Positions 1 through 12,799 are shown, counted from the whole stretch's first letter. The stretch is 63,548 nt of DNA, filler included, from Asterionella formosa (GCA_002256025.1; 6 parts of 6 records of this genome joined end to end with filler, not necessarily neighbours in it); one strand, 5' to 3'. The notes: a model not told the origin generated them from the sequence alone. A program made the numbers and translations.

Positions 1-552
1 AAGTGTTATACATTTATAAAATTCAAAGGCGCTCTCGATATGGAACATCTGATATGGTTGAGATGATCATACTTGCATATACATAATTCGAAAATACTCA
101 ATGCACTATATGTCCATAGTTTTCCATGACTACGTGTACCGCAATTGTTTCTGAAATTTGTTTGCATCGATATTTTCTACGTCTGTTGGAACTATTTATT
201 TAGACCATTCAATTGGTGTAAGTCATAACCGCAAGGGTTTTGGTAGCAAATTGTTTAAGCACCTTTTTTGGGCGGGAGCTCTTCATGGCCTGTGTACCGG
301 TACATCATATGACAATAACAATATATCATATATATATACAGAGTACCAGTAGCAGGTAGTAAGTAAATGAATTTAAGATCATTGAACTTTAAGGAAGACA
401 ACGACAACAGTTATCAAGTAGTACAATGTCTTCAAGAAACCATAAAGAGGTTCATGGAAACAAGCGACATGTGGCAAATACTACCGGTATGAAACAAAGA
501 AGCAAGTTCCAAAATGAGTTAACAAAGAAAAAGCGAATAGGTAAATCAACAA

Positions 553-2283
553 AAGAAAACACGAGAATGAACGTGATGGCTGGTTGTTGAGGATACCGGT
601 TTGTGATAGGCATCAATCCATGTCACAAATCATATTATAGTGATGTACATATCAACGCATCCGTATACTTAGATCCTATCCACCATAGTATAATACTATC
701 ATATTAACTGTTGACTTTAACAGTATACATTAAACGACAAACATATATATTAATTAACATACTTTATGACTACTTGATTTATTTTCTATGATGTCTTGGT
801 AATACTTGCGTACATATTTTATCGTACTTTATTGTCATTGTACTATTTTAACATAATCATATTTTGATCAAAATTTTATCATAAACATTTTATAAAATCA
901 TCATAGCTTTATGATCAGTGTATCATAGCTATGTGATGTACTTTATTCAATAATACGTATCATACTTTGGTGATGTATGAATCGATGTAACCCTATCATG
1001 ATATCACATTATCATCTTAGTATCAATCATGATGAGATGATTGGGAAGCAACTGTATTCTGCATCGTGCTATGGGGTATATTATTATATCACGCAATTTA
1101 GTAGCTACGTCACTCCGCCTGTAATGTACAAAAGTCGACAGTGCACATACTCACACGCTAATCAGGTTTGAGGCAACGGACAGTGGTTCGAACGAGCGAA
1201 TGATGATACCACGAGTACCAATTGTTCCAGCAAAAGAACTTGTCTCTCTATTGATGAGGATGACACGGACACCGACTTTTCCAGGAGCAAACAACAATGA
1301 AGAGACCCACTTGTCGCTCTATTGATGTCAACAAAGATGCAGACAAGTTCAACAGTGAATACAAGAACAAAATACCAATGAAAACAAGTCGACAGTGTGT
1401 GTACGCACACGCCAAGCAGGTTTGAGGCAATGGACAGTTCCAACAGGCAAGCAAATGACAATACAGATATCAAATTTTTCCTACGAGCAAACAACAATGA
1501 AAAGAGCCACTTGCTTTCGCTCTCTTGATGGTATCAAAGATGCGGACAAGTTCAATAGTTAATTCAAGTACAGTATGCCAAATGTAGAAACGAGCGAGCG
1601 ATATGAAAATGAAATGCATTTTAATCAGAATCATTTTATAACTATAGCTATGTGGACAGTAGTCTGTTACGCACATTTTCGTATCTCCTTCTATGCTGAA
1701 TCGAAATAGTAGATGTAGTATCATGTGAGAATTGAAAATGTCAACGAGAACAAGTAGAATGTGTTTGTTTTCGGGTTAATTGGCGAAATTGTCAAGCTGA
1801 AGTCGACGAAACGGATTTACTTTGCTTGTGCGCTGTGTGCGGAACCATTACGAGTTCGAATGATTTCTTCTCTCCTGTAAACCCTTATTTGAATGATTAT
1901 GAACAAAGGTTCACTGCACATGACGATTACTCGAAGATATAATGATCACTTGACCAACAAATTGAAGACGTTATCGCAAACATTCATTCCGCTTGTCATT
2001 GCTAGTATTTCGTTGCTGTTGCAAAAATCGGAGTGATGACGGATGGAAATGACGAGCCAAATTACATTACTTGAACTGGTACATTATCCTACCAAGAAAT
2101 TCGAATACAGGAATCAAATAGAAACAATACATATAATAATTAAATATATGTAGTCAAAAGGGTTACTTTTTAAATTAAAAATGCATTTATCAAAATTATT
2201 AGATGATATAACGAAATATTATGATCAGATGATCACAATCCTATGATGCATAATGGAAATATGATAGTTTTTATTTGCAGACG
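553..2283 (+). repeat. Dispersed ~1.7-kb repeat family, copy A (probable abundant mobile-element module)
   Basis: Collinear similarity to 30260-32026 and 49778-51493, from AATGAAC.TGATGGCTGGTTGTTGAGGATACCGGT to TTTGCAGACG. Left edge ragged, right edge sharp. Confidence 0.9.
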
Positions 2284-2690
2284 CTTCATAAGGTCTTCTC
2301 CACCATGTTGTAGGATCCGGCCAATTCCTCTTCAGTCTTAAATGTACTCAACCAATCCATTGTGATCAAGAAGAAAAGAGGGTTGGGCTTGTGAACTCGA
2401 TCTGTACTAATATGATCCATCAAATTCAATGCAGAAAATATCTTCATGGAACTCTGTGGACTGAGACCAAAGAATGAACAAAATCGTCAAAGTTTCGTTG
2501 CATCGCAAGTTCTTTTATTCCTATTCTCATGAAATCCTGCATGAAGAAGGCCCAGATCAAGAAAATCGGAAGCAGAGAGAGGGAGCATGGTGTGTAGAAG
2601 GAAAGGACAGGCGATTTTGTTTCATTCAAATTGTTCATGGAATCACTGATGCATTATGGGTTTGTTTGAAAATATATTTTGTTTGACTCT
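2281..2690 (+). pseudogene. Degenerate 2OG-Fe(II) dioxygenase-like (PhyH-like) fragment
   Basis: One frame reads FLFSLKCTQPIHCDQ (HxD at 2358-2366). Further on, GQAILFHSN then VHG across a frameshift (2605-2641). Several stops. Confidence 0.4.
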
Positions 2691-3269
2691 ATTATATCAC
2701 TGTTACCTGTCTTGTGTTTTGCCAGTATAATATGATTATATTATGACAGGTACTGGTAGTAGGTGGGGTGGGTGTGATGGCAGTGAAGGGTTGAAATGGT
2801 GACATCACACACTAAGCAAAATTGCGACTTTAAGCAAAACGGTCCTTCTTTGAGCAAAATCAATGGAAGCAAATGGCAGAATAAGCAAAACAGATTGGTC
2901 TCAATATTTTAGACTTCAAATAATATTAATTTAAATATAATTCGGAACAACAAGCTGGCCGGTTGATTAATCAAACGGCCATCAAAGAGTTACACATGTA
3001 TCAACTTGCAAGTGGAATCACCATATTGCCGGGACGACGACGTACGTAGCACAATAAGCAAAATTACCGTAACTTTTGGTATCAGGGTACCAGGTACCCT
3101 GGTACCAGTAGTAGACAACGCTTGTTGGTATACGAGGTTCTTCACGGACGATAAGACACGACAAAGATGATGATAAAAAAAGACTGCATAAAATAGTACT
3201 AATTCTATAATAACAACAACTTGAAAGGATTTGTCAGATTCTTAATTACTGTCGTCGATTTCTTCGAAG

Positions 3270-5715
3270 ATGACGACAGCCAAGTCAAGCGACCTAAAGC
3301 ACAAAGAAATGGCAGACGCTGCTGTGAAGCGTCACATTTCAGTTGTATTGCCTGAAAAGGGGGTAAGAAATGAATGAAAACAGTCCGCTGCCTGCCATGT
3401 TATACTTTCGTAGCTTCCCTGAATCTTGATCCATGCCAATAGTATGGGACTGGAATCTGACTTGATTGTACTGCTTTCACCCACCCTCCTTTGCTTCAAC
3501 CTGCAAAATCGTTTCTATTTTTCTGCCTAATTATCGCAGCTGTTGATGCCATTTTTCCAAGCACAACACAAGCTGACTCACGAGCAAAGAAGAAAATGGC
3601 CAAGAACTCGTTTTTGAGATTTTAGGGCCTCACTCACATTTTTCTTTTTTGCACAGAACGGAAGCGTGGAATATAAGAGGCAAGTGAACAACGCCACTGC
3701 GACGAGGTTGCGTTCATTGGCGACACAAATGTCCTACCGATTAGATGAAGGATATGGTGCATGCATGTATCAGATTGGAGTCGAGGACGACGGTTGCCAT
3801 TCTCTCTTGGATTACCCTGTTGTTGCTGAGTCCGCCAAGATTATCGAATGCATTGCTCGCAGTCTTAATGCTGTGGTAATTGAACGTACAATGATTCAGA
3901 ACGAAGTAGTCAGCAAGGATGGTAACCAAGAAGCGACAAACATGACCCCTGTTATCGTAAGCGAACCTCCAATATTCGGCAATGGGCAGGATCATATGGT
4001 TTTCGACGGAGACCATCAGCATTATGAAGACGAGAAAGAAGAGAAGATGCCTGATGACGACAGATTACCAAGTCAATTGAAAACCGAATCTGGAGTAATC
4101 ACGCGTTGTGAACTGAAGATTCAGCGAGTTGAGACGCACATGTTGGACTTGTCACGTCTGTCCTTTGGCAAGCTAGCAGATGGTGGTAAGCTTACTCTTG
4201 ACAAAACGATGACTGAAAATATTCCGGCCATAATATTAGCGAACAGTGCAAAGGCGCAAGCGAAGAACTCGATTGCAGAGACGTTGTCGTCACGAAACAT
4301 TCGAGTAGCTGTGGTCGGCAATGTTGATGCGGGGAAGTCGACGTTAATTGGTACGCTCACAACATCGTGCCTTGATGATGGACGTGGAAGAAGCCGAACA
4401 TCAATCATGAAGCATCGTCACGAGATTGAAAGTGGACGAACATCAACGGCATCAACACATCTCATGGGTTTTCGCGCAACAGGCGAACCTATTGCGGGAA
4501 AAGATCAGATTCGCACAAACAAGCGTAAAACCGAAGATGAAGTGGCTCGTGAGTCTTACCGCATCATCACATTGATGGATCTTGCCGGACATGAGAAATA
4601 CCTCAAAACAACAATTCATGGAGTGTCATCTGGGATGGCCGACTACGCTCTGATTCTTGTCAACAGTCGCCATCCTCCAACGCACATGACGCAACATCAC
4701 TTGAACCTTTGTTGCAGCTTTGGTATTCATGTTGTGGTAGTCTTTACCAAGGTAGATGGATGTCCTGAGCATGCTTTCAAAGAATCGAAGGAAGAGGTAT
4801 CGAAATTATTGCTTGCTCGCGATGTTGGAAAAAGGCCTTTTGCTGTCAGAAATGAAGGAGATATAGCAACGTGTATTGGAAAAATGAATTCTCTTGCCCC
4901 AATGATTGAGACGTCCTGCGTAACAGGTGAAGGTATTGACCTGTTACAGAAGTTGCTCTTTGCCATTCCAAAGCGACGCCGTCATGAGAACAAAGTTAAC
5001 CGTCCATTTGAGTTTTTGGTGGAGGATATTTTCAATGTTCCTGGAGTGGGAGGTGTAGTCTCTGGGTTTGTGAATGCCGGAGAGCTTACTGTTGGTTCCA
5101 ACTGTAATATTTACGTCGGACCCACAGATGACGGCTCTTTCATGAAGACTGTTGCCAAGTCTGCTCACATAGCTCGACTCAATACGACCCATGTAACCTC
5201 CGGTCAGTCTGCGTGTCTGGCGTTTTCTCTAAACAAGGATTTGCGGAAGAAATTGCGGCGTGGTATGGTCGTTGTTACTGAGAATCCAACTGCAACACGT
5301 GAATTTGATGCTGAGATTTGTGTGCTCAAGGGGGAAGGGACAACCATTCGAAGATCTTACCAGGCATATGTACACATTCTCAACGTTCGTCAGAGTGCAT
5401 TTGCTCGAAACATCGAGATTATACATCACAATACCATAGGATTGCCTGCTAGTAACACTGGAACTGCGGACGGGGACGATTATGGGATTGTTTTGCGTCC
5501 TGGATGCAGAGCAAAGGTTCGCTTTGAGTTTGCCAAGAGGCCGGTAAGTTGATTTCTTACTTATGTTGTGACCTTTTTTCTTGGAACTGACAATCTCGGT
5601 TTCCCTGATGATCCAATAGGAGTATATTCGCCCTGGTATGCGCATGCTTTTTCGCGATGGGCGAGTTCGTGGTGTTGGTATCATAACTGGTGTACCAACT
5701 GCTCAACCATTTTAG
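3270..5715 (+). CDS. GTP-binding protein of the GTPBP1/GTPBP2 family (translational GTPase); exons 3270-3362, 3657-5543, 5620-5715
   Basis: G1 GNVDAGKST, RHRHEIESGRTS, G3 DLAGHEKYLKTT, G4 TKVD, and a C-terminal EYIRPGMRMLFRDGRVRGVG. Both GT-AG introns keep the frame. The start could instead be ATG 3309. Confidence 0.92.
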
Positions 5716-8456
5716 GCCAAACAGTTGGGTGCAATGGGCCGGGAAAGCTACTCTGGATTGTGGTTTGATGCAATGCTTAGTCTCTAGAGGCAACTGTATG
5801 TTGAAGCACGACGTAAAAGCACTTGGCAATACCATTCACAGGGTTCAGTTCACCTTTGACAGGCTCATGGTTTCCTTAGTGCACTAATTCGGGGGGGGGG
5901 ATGCATAGGAAATGTTTTACGATTCATGGTTTTTACTGGGTTGGTAGGGCAACAAGCCCACTATGTGATTACCCAGGAAGGCAATAAGAAAAAGCTTATG
6001 CTGATCTACTGTAAGGTCTGAGGAATGCAGAGAAATGGTAAAGGCTAGTGTGAAGAGTATCTTGAGAATGTGGTAGAATAGCAACAAACTTGCAATATTT
6101 ATCCACCTTTGTGGCCAGTTGTCAATGTCTGTCATTGATAAATGGAATTGGATGTCAAAATGCACTGACTTATTTCATCCATAGTTAAATACAGCATAGC
6201 CATATGTATGTTTTACAATATCTGGTATTTACTTTGTACTAGGACTATCGAAAAAGCAAGTCTCTCCTGCTACTAAGTAAGCCAATTCCACAAGCTCTAT
6301 TATGCTGATGTAGGGCATCATAGCCAAATCATTCCTCAGTGTTCCTGGTTTGAAACAAGTACATAATAAACCAGTAGACTAGAGTAGACTAAGCTGAGTG
6401 GGCTGTGAATGTATTGCCCAATTCAGAGCAGGATGATGTACAGCATGACCAGAACTTTCTATTTTTGATTACAGCAGCTGTTGAATCAAAAGCTCGAAGT
6501 CAGTGTGATGTGTATGCATCAAGGCATCTCCATGAGATCAGGTTCAATGATGAATATTGTATGGTTCTTGGAAATTTCATTAGCCTTCTTCTGGAAGAAC
6601 TTTGAACTTTCATTGCAGTTGACACTGTAAAATCAAATGCTAGCTCTGACTCCAGAAGTACAAACCAGTGCATGTATCCACAGTGGTAGATCCTAAGTAC
6701 TATTGGCCTTCACTGGCTTGTCAGAGGCCACTTCATTGACATTCATCATATCTATTGTGACTCTAAGTACAAGGAAGGTCTAGCGGCGACTAAATGCTGA
6801 TTTCAATCCAGTTTCGAGCGTGCAACGCATAAATTGGCTTGATTTCAGATATATATGTACCCCTATAATTTGCAATTTTCATATATTGGACCTCTATAAA
6901 ATTGGCATGTAATTTTTGTTGATACTCCAAGTACTACATAATCCCATTTCAGCAGTTCTGCAATTCAATTTACGTTCAAGCAAATGGAAGATGTTTTGTT
7001 GATACCTTTTCAGCGGCTTGTTCATGAAATGCTGAAGCTTTTCAGCAATTGGACAACGATTAATTTGGTATGATTAATCAGCAAATTTCCAACTGACAAA
7101 GGAGTCACTTTTAAATTGTCAATGGAGTCCTATTGACATTTTCGGCTTCCAACAACCAGGAAACAGACGAGTATCAAACAAAATATTCCAGTGGTACTAC
7201 TAGATAATGGCTGTCACCACTTAAAAAGTTATAACAATTTGTATTTTTGTACCACTTGGTAGGCTACCAGGGAGGGCAGGGTGCGTACTGGTTGCTGACT
7301 GCTTCAAATGGGCAAGTTCATTAACGTTCATCCCTTGTGGCTGATGAAAACTATTTTTTCTGATCAATAACCCAAGTGTTGTGACATCAAACATATCGGA
7401 GCATTTCTTTTCCCTGGAGAAGAGGCAAATATTTTATGAGGAGCTGATAAAATATGATGTGCTATTTATGTGTTGTGCCCAGTCCATTTGGCAGTCCAAT
7501 TCATATCAGCTACTTTCAGCAATTCCTTAACCTTTTCAGCAACTACTGGACAGTTTGCTGATTGCTGTTCAGTACTGCTTGAGAAAATCTAAAATAGTTT
7601 CATCAACTGGAAGAGGATGATTTGATTTGGCAAGATCAATCAGCAAATCATCATTTTTTAATAAGAATAATGGCTTTGTAAATTACTTAAGCAAGTTTGA
7701 AATTAAAAGGTGGTCTATCTCACGTGGCAGGCATCATGACATAAATCATCTGGAAGGAGTCAAAATTGAAAAGGTGCACATCACATTTGACACCAGATGT
7801 TACAAGGTTGTATAATGTGAACATATATATATATATTCACATAGTATGAAGGGGGAGTGGCTTCATGTTTAGCATGCCTTCTGAGGCTGCAGGTTAGATT
7901 ACTGCACTCTCTGCCTGCCTTGTTGATGTAGTCCCAAGGGTTCTTGGGGGTGAGGCTGACAACACGCAGGTCTAAGGCCTTCTGGGCCCGACTTCACAAC
8001 CTCCACAATTGTCAAGTCCTTCAACAATGTGGCATATTTAAAATTTAAAAAATATTTTCTTCGTGTATCAGTATATACTGCAGTCATCATAGAAGCAAGC
8101 AACCCAGAAAACATACTCAAAGCGCGCCACGGGCGACGAAGAAGAAGGTTTATATTTTTGCATGTCGAATAATTTTGTGATGAAGAACGCCAAGCAAGTT
8201 TTTCGTAGGTCGTGGCGGACGGCGGAAATTATATATAGTCAGCGGAAAATCAGTTCTGCATGTGTTTTGCTGTTAGTAGTACCTGGTACCGCTATTGCAA
8301 TTCACCTATTTGTCGCCCACACAAATTGAAGCAAACGTCAGTCACGAACCCAGCGTATGCATTGCAGAGGGTTGTCAAGCCTTTTTGGAATTTCCTGCCT
8401 CTCCAAAGGAACAGCTCTCACCGCCAACGACAGATTCGCAAGCATTTGGCCTACGT

Positions 8457-9317
8457 ATGAAGATTCTCTCGCTTATACTTTCAACTTACGTTGTCACTCA
8501 GCATGTGCAAGCACTATGCCTGACAATGGTGGCATCAGGGTCATCGCGAGGGCCGTTAGGGAACATGGATATTCCTCAACCCGTTAGTGTGACATCTGGT
8601 CTCATCTCGCAATTAGCAATTCTTGCACTGAAGCGAAGGCTAGCTAAACAAGCTGGGGTCAAGTGTGACGTAACAGTTAGCTCGTCGGATTTATTATTGA
8701 GAGGACGAGTAGGACCAGTTACAGTGAAGGGAAGGGGTTGGCATTCATCCCTTGGACTCTCGTGTCGAGCAATAGAGGCAACTGTTGAAACATGTGAACT
8801 AGATTCTGGTCGCATTCTGCAGTCGCAAAAGCTAGTTCTAAACTCACCTGCCAAAGGCAAAGCTATGATTGCCCTGAATGAAGCAGATTTTGGCAATTTC
8901 GTGACGCATCCCATGATGAAACCTCCTGGCCTGCCAGGTAATAATTCGACAAGAGAGGGCTTCAAATTCATAAGTGGAGAGGTAAAAATTGATACTTCAA
9001 ATGGGGGTGCTGTAATCTTCTTTGGAAGTTACTTAGACGAATTATGGAGACTAAGACTCACAAGAGGTGGAGAAGGAAAGCGTGCTATCATCGAGGTTTC
9101 GCCAGAAACGTTAAATACTGGACTAGACTATGATGTGGCGAGCAAAGATCTTACAGAGCTCATCTCTGCATTCTTCAATGAAATGGTATTCGAATTGGAT
9201 GGTACTTTCTTGACTTTCAATGACATGATGGTAACGGCGAAAGGCGACTCCCCAAGTCTAATGCTGGCCTTGTCTATTGTAGTGCACAAGTTTCCGAGCC
9301 CAGGCCTAAATTTTTGA
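8457..9317 (+). CDS. Signal-peptide-bearing protein, DUF2993/LmeA-like, possibly plastid-targeted
   Basis: Intact ORF with likely start MKILSLILSTYVVTQHVQA (hydrophobic leader). SSSDLLLRGRVGPVTVKGRGW resembles DUF2993. Family call is tentative. Confidence 0.6.
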   Translation: MKILSLILSTYVVTQHVQALCLTMVASGSSRGPLGNMDIPQPVSVTSGLISQLAILALKRRLAKQAGVKCDVTVSSSDLLLRGRVGPVTVKGRGWHSSLGLSCRAIEATVETCELDSGRILQSQKLVLNSPAKGKAMIALNEADFGNFVTHPMMKPPGLPGNNSTREGFKFISGEVKIDTSNGGAVIFFGSYLDELWRLRLTRGGEGKRAIIEVSPETLNTGLDYDVASKDLTELISAFFNEMVFELDGTFLTFNDMMVTAKGDSPSLMLALSIVVHKFPSPGLNF

Positions 9318-9413
9318 ACCAGCTACTGCATTTCGTAATAACATAATGAATGAAGGTATGAACACATATTCAAGGCTTTATTTTTGCTTGGTCGTCCTTC
9401 ACTGTAAACTTGT

Positions 9414-10391
9414 TTACGGTTTGCTTCCAAGTTTGTGTCCATGTCCCCGTTTTCTTGCCTTCAATGCGTCACTGACAGTATCCTTGGCTTTTCGAGCGTC
9501 AGGATCGAACCGTTGTACCAAGAAATGAGGAGCACCTAGCCAGTCTTCTCCTCCCATCTTGGGCCAGATGAACTTGTGGAAGTGGTAAAAGTGCCCCGAC
9601 AGGATACCCAAAACATGAGGAATGGCAGCCATGGGGCTTCCGGCCTGTAACACGTCGCTTGCCATTAGTCCATATGGCAAAGCCCAGTACGGAACAGTAA
9701 ATATGATCCACTTGACCTGCTGATTAGGCATGGCGCGGCTCAAGACGTGAAGCATTGCAGTGATCATCGAAGGGGCAAAGAATGGCTGACCGAGTAACGA
9801 TGATAGTATAGAGAGTAGAACGATTTGAACCATCAGAAATACGAGGTGCTGAGCGGTCCCATATGCTCTCTCCAATGAAGAACCGTATTCAAATAAATAG
9901 TATGCACTCATAAGCCAACCAATGCTTGGTGGACCAAAGAAAGTAGCTGAAGTGAATGGTCTCCAAAGCTCAAGTCCATAAATAACTCGCACTGGGTCCA
10001 ACGCAAGCAATCCTTGTGTGAGTTCTTCACCCAGCACCATGCCTAGCAAGGTTGCGATAGCAACAAGTGTAATATAAATTCTAGTCAGTGGAAGAATCTG
10101 CCTGTACTTTTGTAGTGTATCAGATAGTGCTGACTTCTTTTTTTCCTCTTTGGCTGTCGCTTGGACCGCTTTCTTGCCTGTAACAGTTCTAGATGAGCTC
10201 AAGCTTGCAGTTTTACCGCCCTGTTTTTTTCGTTTGGACGCTCCTCCTCGAATCTCCAGAGTCTCAGCAATTGGTTTTTTTTCGGTCAACCTCCCATGTC
10301 GTTGAATTGGGGGGAAGCTTGTTGCAACCGAACGACTCGACACCTCTCCGAGTGTCACCAAGAACAACGTTAAAACAGTAACTGTCTTCAT
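9414..10391 (-). CDS. sDer1: Derlin (Der1-like) with N-terminal presequence, probably the symbiont-derived SELMA component
   Basis: 325 aa. Signal peptide, basic transit-like region with IRGG, then Der1 motifs LPLTRIY, ELWRPFTSATFFG, YGSSLE and GILSGHFYHF. Confidence 0.8.
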   Translation of the reverse strand: MKTVTVLTLFLVTLGEVSSRSVATSFPPIQRHGRLTEKKPIAETLEIRGGASKRKKQGGKTASLSSSRTVTGKKAVQATAKEEKKKSALSDTLQKYRQILPLTRIYITLVAIATLLGMVLGEELTQGLLALDPVRVIYGLELWRPFTSATFFGPPSIGWLMSAYYLFEYGSSLERAYGTAQHLVFLMVQIVLLSILSSLLGQPFFAPSMITAMLHVLSRAMPNQQVKWIIFTVPYWALPYGLMASDVLQAGSPMAAIPHVLGILSGHFYHFHKFIWPKMGGEDWLGAPHFLVQRFDPDARKAKDTVSDALKARKRGHGHKLGSKP

Positions 10392-11879
10392 TTCCTTTAT
10401 AGTTCAATGCAAGTATGTGCGACGCCTCAGTAACAGCTTATCTCTCAGCAAAGGACACAGTCGACAACAGTAAAAGATTGAGAAAGTGGAGAAAGCCTTT
10501 TAAACTTTTACTCAAACCAGAAGATTGCGCGTTTATTTGACGTCCCACCAAATGATTCATACCAGCGCCGGTTGCTGCTGCGTAATATATATGAGGACAG
10601 GCAGAATTGAAGATGAGCTCCCCCAAACACGTGGAAGTTGGTATTTTCCCGCCAAAACGATCACCAGCATCCGCCTCATTCATTTTCCTACCTGGTACCC
10701 CTGGTACCTGGGTACATACTAAATAGAATCTCTATGTGCCACCACTCCTAGAGCAAAATATAGTACAGTTTTTTTGGCGTAGCCTCAACCACAAGGATCA
10801 GAAGGACTGCGGAAACCCAAGAAACCCCTTGTGCGTCTGTACTTATACCTTTGCCTGCTATAGGTGCTTACTTCAAGCACCATCCAGCATCCTTCCCATC
10901 CTAACTCACTCATCACACTCTGCCACTGCCATCAAAAACAAGAAGAAGCAATCCTCCTATCAGGAACCCTCAATGCCTGCCAATGCCTGGAAAGCATGAC
11001 AAATGCCAGAGGGGAAATGCCAACAGCTGCTCTGACCCTGCTCTGTGCACCCATCACTGTGTTATTTCTTATTGCTCCTCCCCACCTACATAGCTACCTT
11101 TGCTGATTGTACTGACATCCTAGTATTGCAAATATAGATGAAACCAAAATATTTTGGATATGGTGGGCAGACTCATGCAAGCTGATAAAGGTGCAATTCC
11201 ATCAGTTTTTGCGCCAATGGCAGATATTATTGGGTGTTTCTAAATCTGACAAGAAACTTGCTCTATAGTAATTTTCAAAGGAGTACTTGTTGATACCAGG
11301 AACCAGAGAGAGTTCAACAATCCACAGTATTCATATCCCAAGGAAATGGTTTACTTTTGCCTGAAAAAATGTGGGCCCATAGCTACAGTGGCTACCTAAT
11401 ATAGTTTCAGGATGATGCACCTCCCAGCCTAGTTTCAATCCCATTCATCATACTTTGAGAACCTGTTCTTCGTCTTCCCTTTTTGCTGATGCAAATCTTC
11501 TCCTGATTGATGTGAAACATCAATCTCATTAGCTAGTTTCTTGACATGAGAAAGCTACATTTGATTCATCGGATGACAAGTCTACAATTCTCGTGACTCA
11601 TAATAGCCATTGATACTGACCAGTACTACCAGGTACAGTACCGGTATCTTACATTCTTGAAACAGATCATGACGTCATCATGAGATTTGCTACCTAGAAC
11701 GGAGTACTGGTAGAAAGTTATCCGTATATACCGTCGTAAGATCCATTATGATCTTTGATTTCAGTTCACACTGATCATCCACCCAGCAACGTTTTCCTCG
11801 CGACATCCTGCATCGAAGCTATGTAGGCAAAATAATATTTGCATTGATCCCATTTCCCTAGGCCAGTCCTATCTCTATC

Positions 11880-12799
11880 ATGTTCCGAATTGCCACTCTC
11901 ATCTTGTTGGTCGCTGGAGCGTCCTCATTTTCTCCATCATCTTCCTTCGTCCGTCGTGGAGGATTGGCATCGGTCAACTCGGAATCAAGTCTCTGCATGA
12001 AAACGATTGCTGTCTTTGGAGCTTCAGGGCTCACAGCGTCCGAGTGCGTCTACCAGGCCCTTGCCAATGGTGACAATGTTGTTGGCTTGACTCGTAATCC
12101 CTCCAACTTGGTCATCCCCAAGGGATCCGGTGGTGCCAAGGCCGGACAGGCATTGAGTGATCCAAAATTGACGATGATTGCTGGCGACGTTACCAAGATG
12201 GCTGATGTACAGAAGGTGTTTGCAGCAGGTAGCATTGACGGTGTCGTTGTGGCTCTGGGTGGGAAAACCAGTGATGTCGGAGATACTATGCTTACTGTTG
12301 GAACGAACAATGTCATCCAGGCTATGAAGGATAACGATGTCAAGCGAGTGGCTGTCGTCACTTCTATTGGTGTAGGTGACTCGGAGAACCAGGCTCCTTT
12401 CTTTTTCAAGGTTCTCATGTGGACAGGTTAGTTGTGTCATCTCGTTATCGATTGAGAAAGTTTCCTACCTCGTCTTACCGTTTCACTCTCCCCAACTTAG
12501 CCATGAAGAAGATATTCGCTGATAAGAACAATCAAGAAGCAGCAGTTGTAAAGAGTGGCTTGGAATACTGCGTTGTCCGTCCTGGTGGGTTGACTGTTGA
12601 CCCTCCTACTGGAATCATCAACGTTATTGAAGGAGAGGCTGGTTCGATCGCTCGGGCAGACGTGGCTCAGTTTTGTCTTGACGCGATCACAGTTGAGGAC
12701 TTTCCTTACATTGGCAAGACTCCTTGTATCAGCTCTGTCGGGGGAACATCTTGGGTGAAGGACCGATCTAAGGCTGCCCGAGGGGAGATGGAGACCTGA
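11880..12799 (+). CDS. Plastid-targeted NAD(P)-binding flavin reductase/BLVRB-like protein; exons 11880-12426, 12501-12799
   Basis: Bipartite leader ...GASS-FSP (ASAFAP-like), Rossmann motif VFGASGLTA, VVTSIGVGDS, VRPGGL and SIARADVA. Intron 12427-12500 is GT-AG and joins the frames (WT-A-MKK). Confidence 0.9.

Noticed and set aside
5890..5900. Poly-G run (and poly-C at ~57324-57338) as an LTR polypurine tract
   Set aside because: No second LTR copy or adjacent pol sequence to confirm it.
6200..7800. Possible decayed DDE transposase on the minus strand (PGTLRND...FFDS)
   Set aside because: Too many stops and too few motifs to assign a family.
8295..8456. N-terminal extension of the DUF2993-like ORF from the TTG start
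   Set aside because: ATG 8457 begins a convincing signal peptide, so the upstream frame is likely UTR.
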